A stretch of 64,000 nucleotides of DNA, taken from Acidimicrobiia bacterium (GTDB lineage: Bacteria; Actinomycetota; Acidimicrobiia; Acidimicrobiales; JBBSGY01). A program made the position numbers and the translations under genes. The notes beneath the pieces were generated by a model. It was not told the DNA's origin, did not search any database, and saw nothing but the letters and a program-made list of their open reading frames with translations. Location of the stretch: positions 988 through 64,987 of the forward strand of contig JBDIBA010000002.1 in assembly GCA_039812705.1 (NCBI GenBank), written 5' to 3'. This document shows, in pieces, positions 32,331 to 41,815 of this stretch (positions are counted from its first letter, which is position 1; every line of letters begins with the position of its first letter).

Positions 32331-33310
32331 CCCAGTGGCTCGAAACCTCACTTGGCCTGATTGTTTTGGCGGTCGTTGTTCCAACGCTTGCTGCCGTGTT
32401 TGCTTATGCGTTCTTGTTCAAGGCAATGGCGCACATGCAACAACGACTCGGTCCGATGGAGGCCGGTCCACATGGCTCGCTCCAGCTTGTTGCCGAAGCC
32501 ATCAAGTGGGTGCAAAAGGAAGACCTCTTTCCGCGTCGAGCGGACCGGTTGGTCTTCGGCCTAGCTCCAATAGTGGCCATAGTGACGGCATTTTCAATGT
32601 GCGCATTGATTCCCGTGTCGAACGCCGTTGTCGGTGCAGCGCCAAGCATGGGCCTGTTCTTGTTTGCTGCGTTGAGCGGAGTGTCAAGCCTTGCAATCGT
32701 TATGGCGGGGTGGGGGTCAAACTCCAAGTTCAGCGTGCTGGGCGGTTTGCGTGCGGCCGCACAGTTGCTTGCGTACGAGATTCCCTTGGTGCTGGCGCTG
32801 CTCGGAGTCGTTGTGCTTGCGGGCAGTGCCAACTTGGTTTCGATTGTTGGTGCGCAAAGCTCTTCGCTTTGGTTCGTGTTCCCGCAGATTGTTGGTTTCA
32901 CCATCTTCATGATTGCGGCCCAGGCCGAGCTGACCCAAGCGCCGTTCGATGTTCCAGTTGCAGAGAGCGAACTGGTTGCTGGTTACATGACCGAGTATTC
33001 GGGTTTCCGCTTCTTGATGTTTTTCATCGCCGAGCTTGCAACGGCAGCTGCCTTGTCCGGCTTGGCGGTGACTTGTTTCCTCGGCGGGTGGAACATTCCA
33101 TTTGTTGAACTAACGGGCACGCTGGGTGCAGTGGTTGGTCCGCTTGTGTTTTTCGTCAAGCTGATGATTGTCGGGTTCTTGATCTTCTGGATTCGGTTCT
33201 CATTTCCACGTGTTCGTGAAGACCAGTTGCACAAACTCGCTTGGAAGGTTCTCGTGCCACTCGGCCTTGCAAATGTCGCAATCACAGCCTGTTTGAAGGT
33301 GTGGATGTGA
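32327..33310 (+). CDS. nuoH: NADH-quinone oxidoreductase subunit H
   Basis: 327 aa and polytopic. Contains QRLGPMEAGPHGSLQLVAEAIK and AELTQAPFDVPVAESELVAGYMTEYSG. It directly follows nuoD, with no nuoE/F/G in between. Confidence 0.95.
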   Translation: MTQWLETSLGLIVLAVVVPTLAAVFAYAFLFKAMAHMQQRLGPMEAGPHGSLQLVAEAIKWVQKEDLFPRRADRLVFGLAPIVAIVTAFSMCALIPVSNAVVGAAPSMGLFLFAALSGVSSLAIVMAGWGSNSKFSVLGGLRAAAQLLAYEIPLVLALLGVVVLAGSANLVSIVGAQSSSLWFVFPQIVGFTIFMIAAQAELTQAPFDVPVAESELVAGYMTEYSGFRFLMFFIAELATAAALSGLAVTCFLGGWNIPFVELTGTLGAVVGPLVFFVKLMIVGFLIFWIRFSFPRVREDQLHKLAWKVLVPLGLANVAITACLKVWM

Positions 33311-33813
33311 TGTCGTTCATCAAGTCCGCCGCCAAATCGCTTGCGGGAATGAAAGTCACGCTGCGCAACATGACAAGGCGAAGCGAGACGGTTCAGTACC
33401 CTCACGAAAAGAGCGAAAAGGCCAACCGAGCCCGCGGAGTCATTGCGTTAGAGCAAGCGAATTGCACGGTTTGCATGCTCTGTGTTCGCGAATGCCCCGT
33501 GTGGTGCATCTTCATTGAGGGTTACAAGGACCAAGGTCCGCCTCGTCGTCCTGGTGGAAAGCCACGCCTGGCGCAGAAGCTAGACCGGTTCGACATTGAC
33601 TACTCACTCTGCATGTATTGCGGAATATGTGTTGAGGTGTGCCCGTTTGATGCGCTGTTCTGGAGTGCCGAACACGAATACAGCGAGCCGCACATTGCCA
33701 GTCTGTTGCATGACAAAGATCAACTGCAGCATTGGATGACGACAATTAAGCCCAAGGTTGAACTCGAAGACGGCGCCGAGGTCAAGACTCGTAAACCGGC
33801 AAGGGAGGGCTGA
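33310..33813 (+). CDS. nuoI: NADH-quinone oxidoreductase subunit I
   Basis: The chosen start is MSFIKSAAKS (TGATG overlap with nuoH). It carries two 4Fe-4S motifs, CTVCMLCVRECP and CMYCGICVEVCP. Confidence 0.93.
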   Translation: MSFIKSAAKSLAGMKVTLRNMTRRSETVQYPHEKSEKANRARGVIALEQANCTVCMLCVRECPVWCIFIEGYKDQGPPRRPGGKPRLAQKLDRFDIDYSLCMYCGICVEVCPFDALFWSAEHEYSEPHIASLLHDKDQLQHWMTTIKPKVELEDGAEVKTRKPAREG

Positions 33814-34344
33814 ATGACGCAATCTCCAATTGACTGGTTTGTCTTCGGACTTTTCTCGGCCACCGCCCTGCTTAGCGCGTTTCGAGTTGTGACAAGCAAG
33901 GAAATGACCCGCAGCGCACTTGCGCTCGTTGTTTCACTGGCTTCGCTAGCACCGCTGTTCTTGTTGTTGCGTTCGGAGTTTGCCGCAGTTGTTCAGCTGC
34001 TCGTTTACGTTGGCGCCGTTGTCGTGCTGTTTCTGTTCGGCGTCATGTTGACAAGGCCTTTAACGCAGCGATCCCAAGCGCTCACTTCGGATGGCGTGTC
34101 AAGTCGTGGCAAGTTGATCGCGTCGGCAGTTGTTGCATCGGTTGGTTTCTTTGGATTGATAGCCGTTGCGCTGGTCGGCAGTAGTTCCGAGCTTGCCACC
34201 ACAACAGAATCGACTTTGGAGGGTCTGCAGTTGCAAGACGTAGGAAAAGTCTTGCTTGGTCACCAGTTGCTTGCATTCGAACTGATGTCGTTGCTGCTCC
34301 TTGGTGCCCTTATTGGCGCATTGACCCTGGCGCGGAAGCGATGA
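33814..34344 (+). CDS. nuoJ: NADH-quinone oxidoreductase subunit J
   Basis: 176 aa. The hydrophobic profile and its position between nuoI and nuoK fit NuoJ; contains VVQLLVYVGAVVVLFLFGVML. Confidence 0.88.
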   Translation: MTQSPIDWFVFGLFSATALLSAFRVVTSKEMTRSALALVVSLASLAPLFLLLRSEFAAVVQLLVYVGAVVVLFLFGVMLTRPLTQRSQALTSDGVSSRGKLIASAVVASVGFFGLIAVALVGSSSELATTTESTLEGLQLQDVGKVLLGHQLLAFELMSLLLLGALIGALTLARKR

Positions 34345-34643
34345 TGAACATCACGCCGTTTTTGATGGTCGGTGCGGCACTGTTCGCCATTGGTATTTAT
34401 GGCGCGCTGGTCCGCCGCAACGCAGTAATGATCATGATGGCAATCGAGTTGATGCTTGCCGGTGTCTTGGTGAACGCGGTTGCATTTGGAGCCATGCACG
34501 GCTCGGCCTCGGGGCAAGTGTTCGCGCTGTTCGTGATCGGAATTGCCGCAGCCGAGGTAGGCATCGGTCTTGCAATCATCATGATGATTGCTCGCGAACG
34601 CCGCAGTGTTGACGTTGACGAGTTGAAGGACATGCGCGGATGA
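34341..34643 (+). CDS. nuoK: NADH-quinone oxidoreductase subunit K
   Basis: 100 aa with 3 TM segments. Contains IMMAIELMLAGV and AAAEVGIGLAIIM. ATGA overlaps on both sides. Confidence 0.92.
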   Translation: MMNITPFLMVGAALFAIGIYGALVRRNAVMIMMAIELMLAGVLVNAVAFGAMHGSASGQVFALFVIGIAAAEVGIGLAIIMMIARERRSVDVDELKDMRG

Positions 34644-36574
34644 CGTGGCTTGCCCTTGGTGCTCCGGCGCTCATGACGGTTTCGTTCCTGGCCGTGTTGC
34701 TTGTCGGTAAGCGTTTCCGTAACGGGGGAGTCGAACTTGGTCTGGGCGTCAACGTAATCAATGTGGTGCTGGCGGTGGCTCTTGCTGCTGCCTGGAATGC
34801 CAATGACAAGATCTCAATAGAAGCCTCAACGCATTGGTTTGAGTTTGCGGGCAAAGCCGTTGATGCAGCCATCCGTGTAGACGGCCTTGCAATCGCGCTG
34901 ATTGTCCTCGTGGCGGTTGTCTCGTTGGCTGTGAACGTGTTTTCAAGCGCGTATATGAAAGACGATCGCCGAAAGACGCATTTCTACGCCGTGCTGCTGT
35001 TGTTCAGTGCGGCCATGCAGCTGTTTGTCATCTCGGACAATCTGTTGCAGTTGGTGTTTGGCTGGGAAGTCATGGCGCTGTGTTCATTCCTGTTGATTGG
35101 GCACTGGTGGGAGGAAAAGCACAACGTCGCGGCTGCCATGAAGGCGTTCTTGACAACCCGTGTCAGCGATGTCGGCCTGTTGTTGGGCGTTGCTGTGCTT
35201 TTCTATGGCGCCAACTTCAGCTTTTCAGTGACGGCTCTCAACGAAGCCGCGGCGAACAACGCTGTTTCGAGGGCTGTTCTAGTCACGGGCGCAGTTGCGC
35301 TCTTTGTGGCGGTCATTGGCAAGAGTGCGCAGTTCCCGCTGCACACTTGGCTGCCAGATGCAATGGCGGGACCAACACCCATGTCAGCGTTGATTCACGC
35401 GGCCACCATGGTTGTTGCAGGTGTGTTCTTGGTCTTGCGTCTCTATCCCGTCTTTGATTCCGCATTTGGCATCACTGATGGCTCGGGGACAGCCAACGTG
35501 ATTGTCATCATTGGGGCGGTAACGGTCGTTATTGCAGCGTTGTTGGCGTTTCTTCAGCACGACATCAAAAAGGTCTTGTCATATTCGACCGTGAGTCAGC
35601 TCGGTTACATGGTGTTGGCGATCGGCGCAGGCGCGCCCATGGCTGCTCTGTTCCACTTGGTCGTTCACGGCTTTTCCAAGGCCGCGTTGTTCTTGGCTGC
35701 CGGTTCCATCAGTCGCAGCGTGCATGGTTATGACTTGCGCCGTGACATGGGTGACTTGCATGCAAGCCTGCCGTTTACGCACGCGTCTTTCCTTGTCTCT
35801 TCGTTGTGCTTGGTCGGAGTCATTCCGTTCTCGGCGTTCTGGTCAAAAGAACTGATGGTTGTCGAGATGACCGATGCCGGGTTCATGCCCTTTATCTGGG
35901 TACTCGTCTTGGGTTCCGTTATGACGGCTGCATATATGGCGCGGATGTACTACCTGGTGTTTTGGGGCGCGCGGCGGGGTTCAAAGATCGTCCGAGAATC
36001 TCCGCCAGCCATGACCATCTCAACTGGTGTGTTGGCGTTGGGCGCGGTGCTCGTTGGTTTTGGTGCCATCTTCATCGATCGGCCTCAGTTGCACGCGAGC
36101 GGTGGCTGGCTCGCCATCTTGGTAGAAGCCATTTTCCCGCTTCTGGGTATTGCGCTTGCTGTTGTGTGCTTCAAGTTGGGTATTGGTGCGGTCGGGTTGG
36201 CTCGTCGCTTCAAGTTTGCGCGGGCCGCCTACCACGTGTTGTGGAACCGCTATTACCTGGACTGGCTGTACGAACACGTAATCGCGCGAACCGTTCGCAA
36301 GGGACTGTCTTTGGTCGTGCACTGGTTTGACATGAGGATCATCGACGCATTTGTTGATTCTTTCGGTCGCGCAAGCGTCAAAGTCGGAAAGGCGCTCATG
36401 AATAGGTTGGAACGAGACGTTGTTGACGGAACGGTGAACGCAGCCGGTGGCGCAAGCATGCGTGCGGGCGGACTCCTTGCGCGTTCGCAGGCAGGGCGCG
36501 TACAGCGTTACGTGGCTGTAAGCGTGACAGCGATGGTCTTGGCGGCAATGGTGTTGATGTGGGTGGTTCAGTGA
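34640..36574 (+). CDS. nuoL: NADH-quinone oxidoreductase subunit L
   Basis: 644 aa, antiporter-like. Contains GWEVMALCSFLLIGHW, KSAQFPLHTWLPDAMAGPTP and a long C-terminal lateral-helix region. Confidence 0.95.
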   Translation: MTWLALGAPALMTVSFLAVLLVGKRFRNGGVELGLGVNVINVVLAVALAAAWNANDKISIEASTHWFEFAGKAVDAAIRVDGLAIALIVLVAVVSLAVNVFSSAYMKDDRRKTHFYAVLLLFSAAMQLFVISDNLLQLVFGWEVMALCSFLLIGHWWEEKHNVAAAMKAFLTTRVSDVGLLLGVAVLFYGANFSFSVTALNEAAANNAVSRAVLVTGAVALFVAVIGKSAQFPLHTWLPDAMAGPTPMSALIHAATMVVAGVFLVLRLYPVFDSAFGITDGSGTANVIVIIGAVTVVIAALLAFLQHDIKKVLSYSTVSQLGYMVLAIGAGAPMAALFHLVVHGFSKAALFLAAGSISRSVHGYDLRRDMGDLHASLPFTHASFLVSSLCLVGVIPFSAFWSKELMVVEMTDAGFMPFIWVLVLGSVMTAAYMARMYYLVFWGARRGSKIVRESPPAMTISTGVLALGAVLVGFGAIFIDRPQLHASGGWLAILVEAIFPLLGIALAVVCFKLGIGAVGLARRFKFARAAYHVLWNRYYLDWLYEHVIARTVRKGLSLVVHWFDMRIIDAFVDSFGRASVKVGKALMNRLERDVVDGTVNAAGGASMRAGGLLARSQAGRVQRYVAVSVTAMVLAAMVLMWVVQ

Positions 36575-38094
36575 TGACGAATGTTTCTCTTCTTGGCCTA
36601 GCGGCGCTCGTTGTGCCGTTGATTGGATTGGCCGCAGTGTTGATTGTTCCCGAAGGCAAGCTCCGCACACCGGTTCTTGGTTTGATCGGCTTTGGTCTCA
36701 CGTTTGCCTGCGGGCTTGCAATGCTGGTGCAGTACAAGCCGAGAGGTGGCCCGCAGTTCGAAGTGAACACGTCGTGGATTCCGTCAATCAACAGCAGATT
36801 CCACCTTTTTGTCGATGGCGTTTCACTTCCGCTGCTGTTGATGTCGATGGCAATGTTTGTCGCTGTCGGTATTTACTGCCTAACCCGCGTTCCAAAAACT
36901 GGAAGTGCAAGAGCATTTGTCGGCCTGTTGTTGTTGCTTGAGGTCGGAGTAAACGGCACGTTCCTTGCGCAGGACTTGGTGTTGTTCTTCTTGTTCTTTG
37001 AACTTGTCCTTGTGCCGATGTACTTCCTGATCGGCATTTGGGGTGGGAAGCGACGCCAATACGCGGCGCTTAAGTTCTTTGTGTACACAGTGTTTGGTTC
37101 GGCCGTCATGCTTGTCGGCTTTCTGGCCGTTTACTTCTTGGGGGACAAGACGTTCTCCATCCCAGAACTCAGCGCGGGTGCCTCTCACGCAGTCAGCGCA
37201 ACTGTTGGTGTGCAAACGGCCGTATTTGCGGCACTGCTGATTGGCTTCGCCGTGAAGTTGCCGATGTTCCCGCTGCACACATGGATGCCAGATGCCCACA
37301 CCGAAGCCCCGACGGCCGCCTCGGTGCTTCTTGCATCGGTGATGTTGAAACTCGGTGGCTACGGCCTTATTCGCATTGCTCTTCCCGTTCTTCCCGAAGG
37401 TGCCAAGGTGTTTGCACCGATGCTTGGCCTGCTGGGCGTTGTCGCAATCATCTACGGCGCTCTTGGGTGTCTGGCGCAGTCAGACCTGAAGCGACTGATT
37501 GCGTTTTCGTCGCTGTCGCACATGGGATTCGTGGTGTTGGGAATTGCAACTTGCACGCCGGCGGGTCTCAACGCGGCCATTTATGCAATGTTCGCTCACG
37601 GTTTGATTACGGGTCTGTTGTTTTTTGTTGCCGGTGGTGTGCAGCACCGTTTGCACACTCGCGACCTGGCGAAGCTTGGCGGTCTTCTCAATGTGGCGCC
37701 GAGACTTTCATGGGTGCTCGGTTTTGGTGTCGTGGCTTCGCTGGGTATTCCGGGACTCGCGGGTTTTTGGGGCGAGTTCGGCGCCATTCTCGCGTCGTTC
37801 CAACCCGCTGACGGCTTGCCCGTTCATCTATTCCGCGTCTACATGGTGATCGCTGCCGTTGGAACCGTGCTGGCTGCTGCATATCTGTTGTGGATGTTCT
37901 CGCGCGTTGCATTCGGTTCGGTGGGCGAGGCATTGAAAGGCGTGCAGATCCGCGACCTCACAAAGACTGAAGCCGTTGTGTTCGTTCCGCTGATGATTGC
38001 GATTGTCGTGTTCGGGGTTGCCCCGGCGCTCATTCTCGATGTTGTAGACCCGAGCACCACCATGCTTGTTGACACGATGTTTGCGGAACAATGA
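36574..38094 (+). CDS. nuoM: NADH-quinone oxidoreductase subunit M
   Basis: The ATG at 36574 overlaps the nuoL stop by 1 nt. Contains FELVLVPMYFLIGIWGG and KLPMFPLHTWMPDAHTEAPT. Confidence 0.95.
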   Translation: MTNVSLLGLAALVVPLIGLAAVLIVPEGKLRTPVLGLIGFGLTFACGLAMLVQYKPRGGPQFEVNTSWIPSINSRFHLFVDGVSLPLLLMSMAMFVAVGIYCLTRVPKTGSARAFVGLLLLLEVGVNGTFLAQDLVLFFLFFELVLVPMYFLIGIWGGKRRQYAALKFFVYTVFGSAVMLVGFLAVYFLGDKTFSIPELSAGASHAVSATVGVQTAVFAALLIGFAVKLPMFPLHTWMPDAHTEAPTAASVLLASVMLKLGGYGLIRIALPVLPEGAKVFAPMLGLLGVVAIIYGALGCLAQSDLKRLIAFSSLSHMGFVVLGIATCTPAGLNAAIYAMFAHGLITGLLFFVAGGVQHRLHTRDLAKLGGLLNVAPRLSWVLGFGVVASLGIPGLAGFWGEFGAILASFQPADGLPVHLFRVYMVIAAVGTVLAAAYLLWMFSRVAFGSVGEALKGVQIRDLTKTEAVVFVPLMIAIVVFGVAPALILDVVDPSTTMLVDTMFAEQ

Positions 38095-39557
38095 GCCAGA
38101 CCGTGTCGGTTGACGCCGTTGCCTTGTTGCCCGAAATTGTTTTGGCGGCTACTGCTGGTGTTGTTCTGTTGGTCGACATTTCAACTCCGAGGTTTGACAA
38201 GGCAAAGAATGTCATGGCGCTGTTTGGCGTCGTTGCGGCTACTGGTTGTCTGTTCATTGCTCAAAGCAACGGAGTCCGCTCCACGCTTGACGCAACGTTT
38301 GTGCTTGACCATTTCGCGGTCATGTCAAAGGTCGTCCTGCTGGGTGCGGTTGCCCTGACGCTTTGCATGAACACGCCAAAGTTTCACCCGGGCGAATACC
38401 TGGCCCTTGTCTTGATGGCAACGGTCGGTATGTCGGCAATTGCATCAAGCCGCGACTTGGTGACGCTCATTGTTTCGGTTGAAACCCTTGCTATTTGTAC
38501 CTATTTGTTAGTTGGCTGGAACGACCGTTCGCGGTTTCGCGCCGAAGGCACTCTCAAGTACTTCTTGTTCGGAATTGTGTCGACGGCAGTCACTCTCTAC
38601 GGCGCGTCACTCCTGTTTGGCATTGCCGGAGACACCTCATTCTCCGCGATTTCTCAAGCCATCGAAGCCGGCTCGCTAAGCGGGCTTGTCGTGCCTGCGG
38701 TTGTGTTGACGCTCGCGGGCATTGCGTTCAAGGTTGCGCTCGTTCCGTTTCACTTCTGGGCACCTGACGCTTACCAAGCTGCACCGGTGCCAGTCACTGT
38801 GCTTCTCGCAACCGCCTCCAAGATCGCCGGTGTTCTCGCGTTGGTCAGCTGTTGCGCGTTTGCATTCCCTGGTGCTCACGAAGTTTGGCAACCCGTTCTT
38901 GTTGTGTTCGCAATTGCCTCGGTGTTAATCGGGAACCTTGTTGCCCTTAGGCAAACAGACCTGATCCGCATGCTTGCGTGGTCGTCGGTTGGTCATGGCG
39001 GGTTCATGGTCGTTCCAATCGCCGTAGTCCGCGATCAGATAACGGACGCAGCCGTTGGAACCCTCTTGACCTATGCCGCGTTCTACGTGCTCGGCACGGT
39101 CTGTGCCTTTGGCGCCGTTCAGACGCTTACTCGTCACAGGTCCGGAGGTTTCCCCACCGAGGCGTTGCATGGCGTGTTTCGCACTCACATACTTCCCGGT
39201 GTGGCTTTGGCAATCGGGTTGTTGTCTCTAGCGGGCATTCCGCCTCTCGGTGGCTGGTACGCCAAGTTCGCAATCTTGGAAAATGTCGTTGGCGTTGGAG
39301 GAAGCCTTGCTTGGGTAATGGCTGCGGTCGTCGTGGCAATGACGGCCGTCGGCCTTGCCTACTACGCCCTTGCTATTGCGCGAATGTGGCGAAACGAGCC
39401 AGATCCCGCGCTGGCCGCCGATCATCGGGACATTGATGCAAGTTCGGCTCCAAGCAGGCATGGGTTTTTGATAGTGATGGGTTTCCTGGTTGTTGTCGCC
39501 GGCTTGGTGCCGGGGTTGATCGCGAGCGTTGGAGGCGGGCAATTCTTCGGGGTGTAG
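38091..39557 (+). CDS. nuoN: NADH-quinone oxidoreductase subunit N
   Basis: 488 aa. Contains FKVALVPFHFWAPDAYQAAP and is the last antiporter-like subunit. ATGA overlap with nuoM. Confidence 0.93.
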   Translation: MSQTVSVDAVALLPEIVLAATAGVVLLVDISTPRFDKAKNVMALFGVVAATGCLFIAQSNGVRSTLDATFVLDHFAVMSKVVLLGAVALTLCMNTPKFHPGEYLALVLMATVGMSAIASSRDLVTLIVSVETLAICTYLLVGWNDRSRFRAEGTLKYFLFGIVSTAVTLYGASLLFGIAGDTSFSAISQAIEAGSLSGLVVPAVVLTLAGIAFKVALVPFHFWAPDAYQAAPVPVTVLLATASKIAGVLALVSCCAFAFPGAHEVWQPVLVVFAIASVLIGNLVALRQTDLIRMLAWSSVGHGGFMVVPIAVVRDQITDAAVGTLLTYAAFYVLGTVCAFGAVQTLTRHRSGGFPTEALHGVFRTHILPGVALAIGLLSLAGIPPLGGWYAKFAILENVVGVGGSLAWVMAAVVVAMTAVGLAYYALAIARMWRNEPDPALAADHRDIDASSAPSRHGFLIVMGFLVVVAGLVPGLIASVGGGQFFGV

Positions 39558-39604
39558 GTCAAACGGTTTGGTCGATGTTGTTGGAGTCACTCAAGGGTGA
39601 ACCC

Positions 39605-40708
39605 ATGCCGTTTTCCAAGTTTCAAGATGTCGCGCTCAACCACCCGGCTTCGGGCTATTTCTCGGGAGCCGGCTCGGTTGGCCGCACGGGCGATTTCATC
39701 ACCAGTCCCGAGGTCGGCCCGCTTTTTGGTGCGATTATCGCCTCTGCGTTGGATCGTTGGTGGGACGAGCTCGGCCAGCCTCGGCCGTTCACTGTTGTTG
39801 AAGCCGGTGCTGGAATCGGCACCCTGGCCGCCACCATCGGGGCGGCCAACCCAGAATGCTTGCAGGCGCTTAACTACATCACCGTTGAAAAGAGCGAAGC
39901 CATTCGCTCCAAACAGGGCGATCGGTTGAACGTCAAGAACGTCACCAACGTCATGCGCGGAAAAGATGGTTCCTTGTCGTCGCTCGCAGTCACCGCGCTT
40001 GAAGATCTGCCAAAGCAGCGTTTTGTCGGTGTTGTGTTGGCTAATGAGTTGCTCGACAACTTGCCGGTCGACCTTGTTGTCATGGAAAACGGCATGTGGC
40101 ACCAAGTCGGCGTTCAAAAGGGCGACTTCGGAGAACTCAAAGAGGTCTCCATCCCGCTCAAAGAGGGTTCGGGTTTGCTTAATGCTGCAAGGCACTTTGG
40201 CGAAGGCGCCACGGAAGGCAGTCGTCTTGCACTTCAGGGTAGTTCTCAAGATTGGCTGCGCCGCGCGCTGGGCCTAGTTGAGCGTGGCCGCGTGGTCGTC
40301 CTCGATTACGCAACAACCAGTCGCTCTATGGTCGACGCACCAATGGAGGATTGGTTGCGGACTTATCGCAATCAGCGTCCGGGTACCTCGCCGCTTGACC
40401 AGCCGGGCACTCAAGACATCACGTGCGATGTTGCAATTGACCAACTCGAACACGTTGCGCCAATTACGCACAACACCAGCCAGGCGGACTTCCTTGAGGC
40501 GCACGGCCTCAACAACTTCTTGTCAGACGCCAGAGAGGTTTGGCATGGCCGAGCCGAACTTGGTGATCTTGCAGCGGTTCGTGCGCGCGCCAGAGTGCAA
40601 GAAGGCCGGATACTCACAAGTGAGCCCGGCCTTGGTGCACATCGTGTTCTGGAATGGGTGGTGGGTTCCGACAAGCGGCCAGAACCCGACCCGCCCATTA
40701 AGCCTTGA
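39605..40708 (+). CDS. MidA/NDUFAF7-family SAM-dependent methyltransferase
   Basis: About 367 aa from MPFSKF (the listed ORF begins at 39575). Contains GYFSGAGSVGRTGDFITSPEVGPLFGAIIA and the SAM-fold motif VVEAGAGIGTLA, then ANELLDNLP. It starts 48 nt after nuoN on the same strand. Confidence 0.75.
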   Translation: MPFSKFQDVALNHPASGYFSGAGSVGRTGDFITSPEVGPLFGAIIASALDRWWDELGQPRPFTVVEAGAGIGTLAATIGAANPECLQALNYITVEKSEAIRSKQGDRLNVKNVTNVMRGKDGSLSSLAVTALEDLPKQRFVGVVLANELLDNLPVDLVVMENGMWHQVGVQKGDFGELKEVSIPLKEGSGLLNAARHFGEGATEGSRLALQGSSQDWLRRALGLVERGRVVVLDYATTSRSMVDAPMEDWLRTYRNQRPGTSPLDQPGTQDITCDVAIDQLEHVAPITHNTSQADFLEAHGLNNFLSDAREVWHGRAELGDLAAVRARARVQEGRILTSEPGLGAHRVLEWVVGSDKRPEPDPPIKP

Positions 40709-41045
40709 GCGTCTTCTTTGCGCGCTCGTTGGCCTTTGCGGCTTGACCGTCTTCGATGACGTCGACAAATCCAGTGATCTTTTCGATTCGCTGTTCAAGA
40801 CTTGTCTCGGCGCTGTCGTCAACGCGTTCCCACTCGCTTGCTTCGCGCGGAACCAAACGAACAAGAAGATCAAGCCCGCAGGCCTGAATAACGCGTGTGA
40901 GAACGTCGACCGAAGGCGACATGTCTGCGGATTCCCAACGAGCCACGTTGGGTTGAGCTGTAGAGATACGGTCGGCGAGTTCGGCCTGGGTGAGGCCGGC
41001 TCGGCGGCGCGCTTCGCGGATTAAATGACCACCATGCATGCGCAT
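40698..41045 (-). CDS. XRE-family helix-turn-helix protein
   Basis: 115 aa. Contains LIREARRRAGLTQAELADRISTAQPNVARWESADMSPSVDVLTRVIQACG. The 3' end overlaps the convergent methyltransferase gene by 11 nt. Confidence 0.75.
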   Translation of the reverse strand: MRMHGGHLIREARRRAGLTQAELADRISTAQPNVARWESADMSPSVDVLTRVIQACGLDLLVRLVPREASEWERVDDSAETSLEQRIEKITGFVDVIEDGQAAKANERAKKTLKA

Positions 41046-41156
41046 AAGAATACGCAGTTAGATCGATTCTTGCTAGTTCGACGCGAATTTGCAACGAAAA
41101 ACCTTCCAAAATCTCACGCAGCGTGGTAGTGATTGGCTCAAATCACTCTTTTCGGA

Positions 41157-41188
41157 AAGAAAAACCCGGCCAGACGGCCGGGTTTTTC
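41157..41188. terminator. intrinsic terminator, bidirectional layout
   Basis: The sequence is gaaaaa-cccggcc-agac-ggccggg-ttttt, lying 29 nt beyond the stop of the minus-strand gene at 41217. Confidence 0.75.
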
Positions 41189-41216
41189 ATGCTTCTGGTT
41201 TGGTTTTGATTGTTGG

Positions 41217-41705
41217 TTAGTAGGTGAATGCCTTGATTTGGCAGTTGTCGTACCAATAGCGGTTGGCGTGTGCCCTGTCGTCCATGCGCCAGGTCGCGTA
41301 TACGGAGTGCTTCTTGGCGCCCGAGGTCCAATAGCCATAGCTGGTCCGGCTCCAGACGTTCTTTGGCTCTCTTCCGTCGACCTTTATGTAGTGAGGGCTG
41401 CTCTTGAGTCGACGGTCGCCGCTGTCGGTGCGGCTCTCCATGATGAAGTTGGTTGCACCGGTCCAGTCGACGCGAACGTAGCGGCTGCCGTCCGAGTACT
41501 TGGTCACCTTGATTGTTGCCTTGCCGTATGACGATTTGGCCTGCAGGCTGCAGCGATCGGTCTTGCTGCCGACGACCTTTGCTTGAGTGCCGGTGGTTGC
41601 CGCGTTAGCGCTGGCGATGCCGACCGGAGCAAGGACTGAGAGTGCAATCGCGCCGGCGATGATTGCCGTGCGCTTCTTGCCACGTGCCTTCAATGATTCG
41701 AACAA
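41217..41705 (-). CDS. secreted hypothetical protein (two-Cys family, paralog A)
   Basis: 162 aa. The signal peptide is KKRTAIIAGAIALSVLAPVGIASANA. One Cys sits near the mature N-terminus (DRCSL) and one near the C-terminus (YWYDNCQI). Confidence 0.6.
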   Translation of the reverse strand: MFESLKARGKKRTAIIAGAIALSVLAPVGIASANAATTGTQAKVVGSKTDRCSLQAKSSYGKATIKVTKYSDGSRYVRVDWTGATNFIMESRTDSGDRRLKSSPHYIKVDGREPKNVWSRTSYGYWTSGAKKHSVYATWRMDDRAHANRYWYDNCQIKAFTY

Positions 41706-41815
41706 TGGGGGACCTTTCGCTTTGAAACAGGGTTGGTCTTTCTAGGACAACTTAAGGGTGTAATGGAAATACTGCAGCTGAACTGAGAGTGAATTCGGCA
41801 CAAACGCCCTATTGG

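Noticed and set aside
32320-33108. 262-aa plus-strand ORF in an alternative frame over nuoH
   Set aside because: The nuoH frame gives the canonical NuoH motifs. The alternative frame is Cys/Arg/Gly-rich with no membrane character.
40278-41024. 248-aa plus-strand ORF
   Set aside because: It lies out of frame over the methyltransferase 3' half and antisense to the XRE HTH gene. No motifs were seen, while both overlapped genes have clear signatures.
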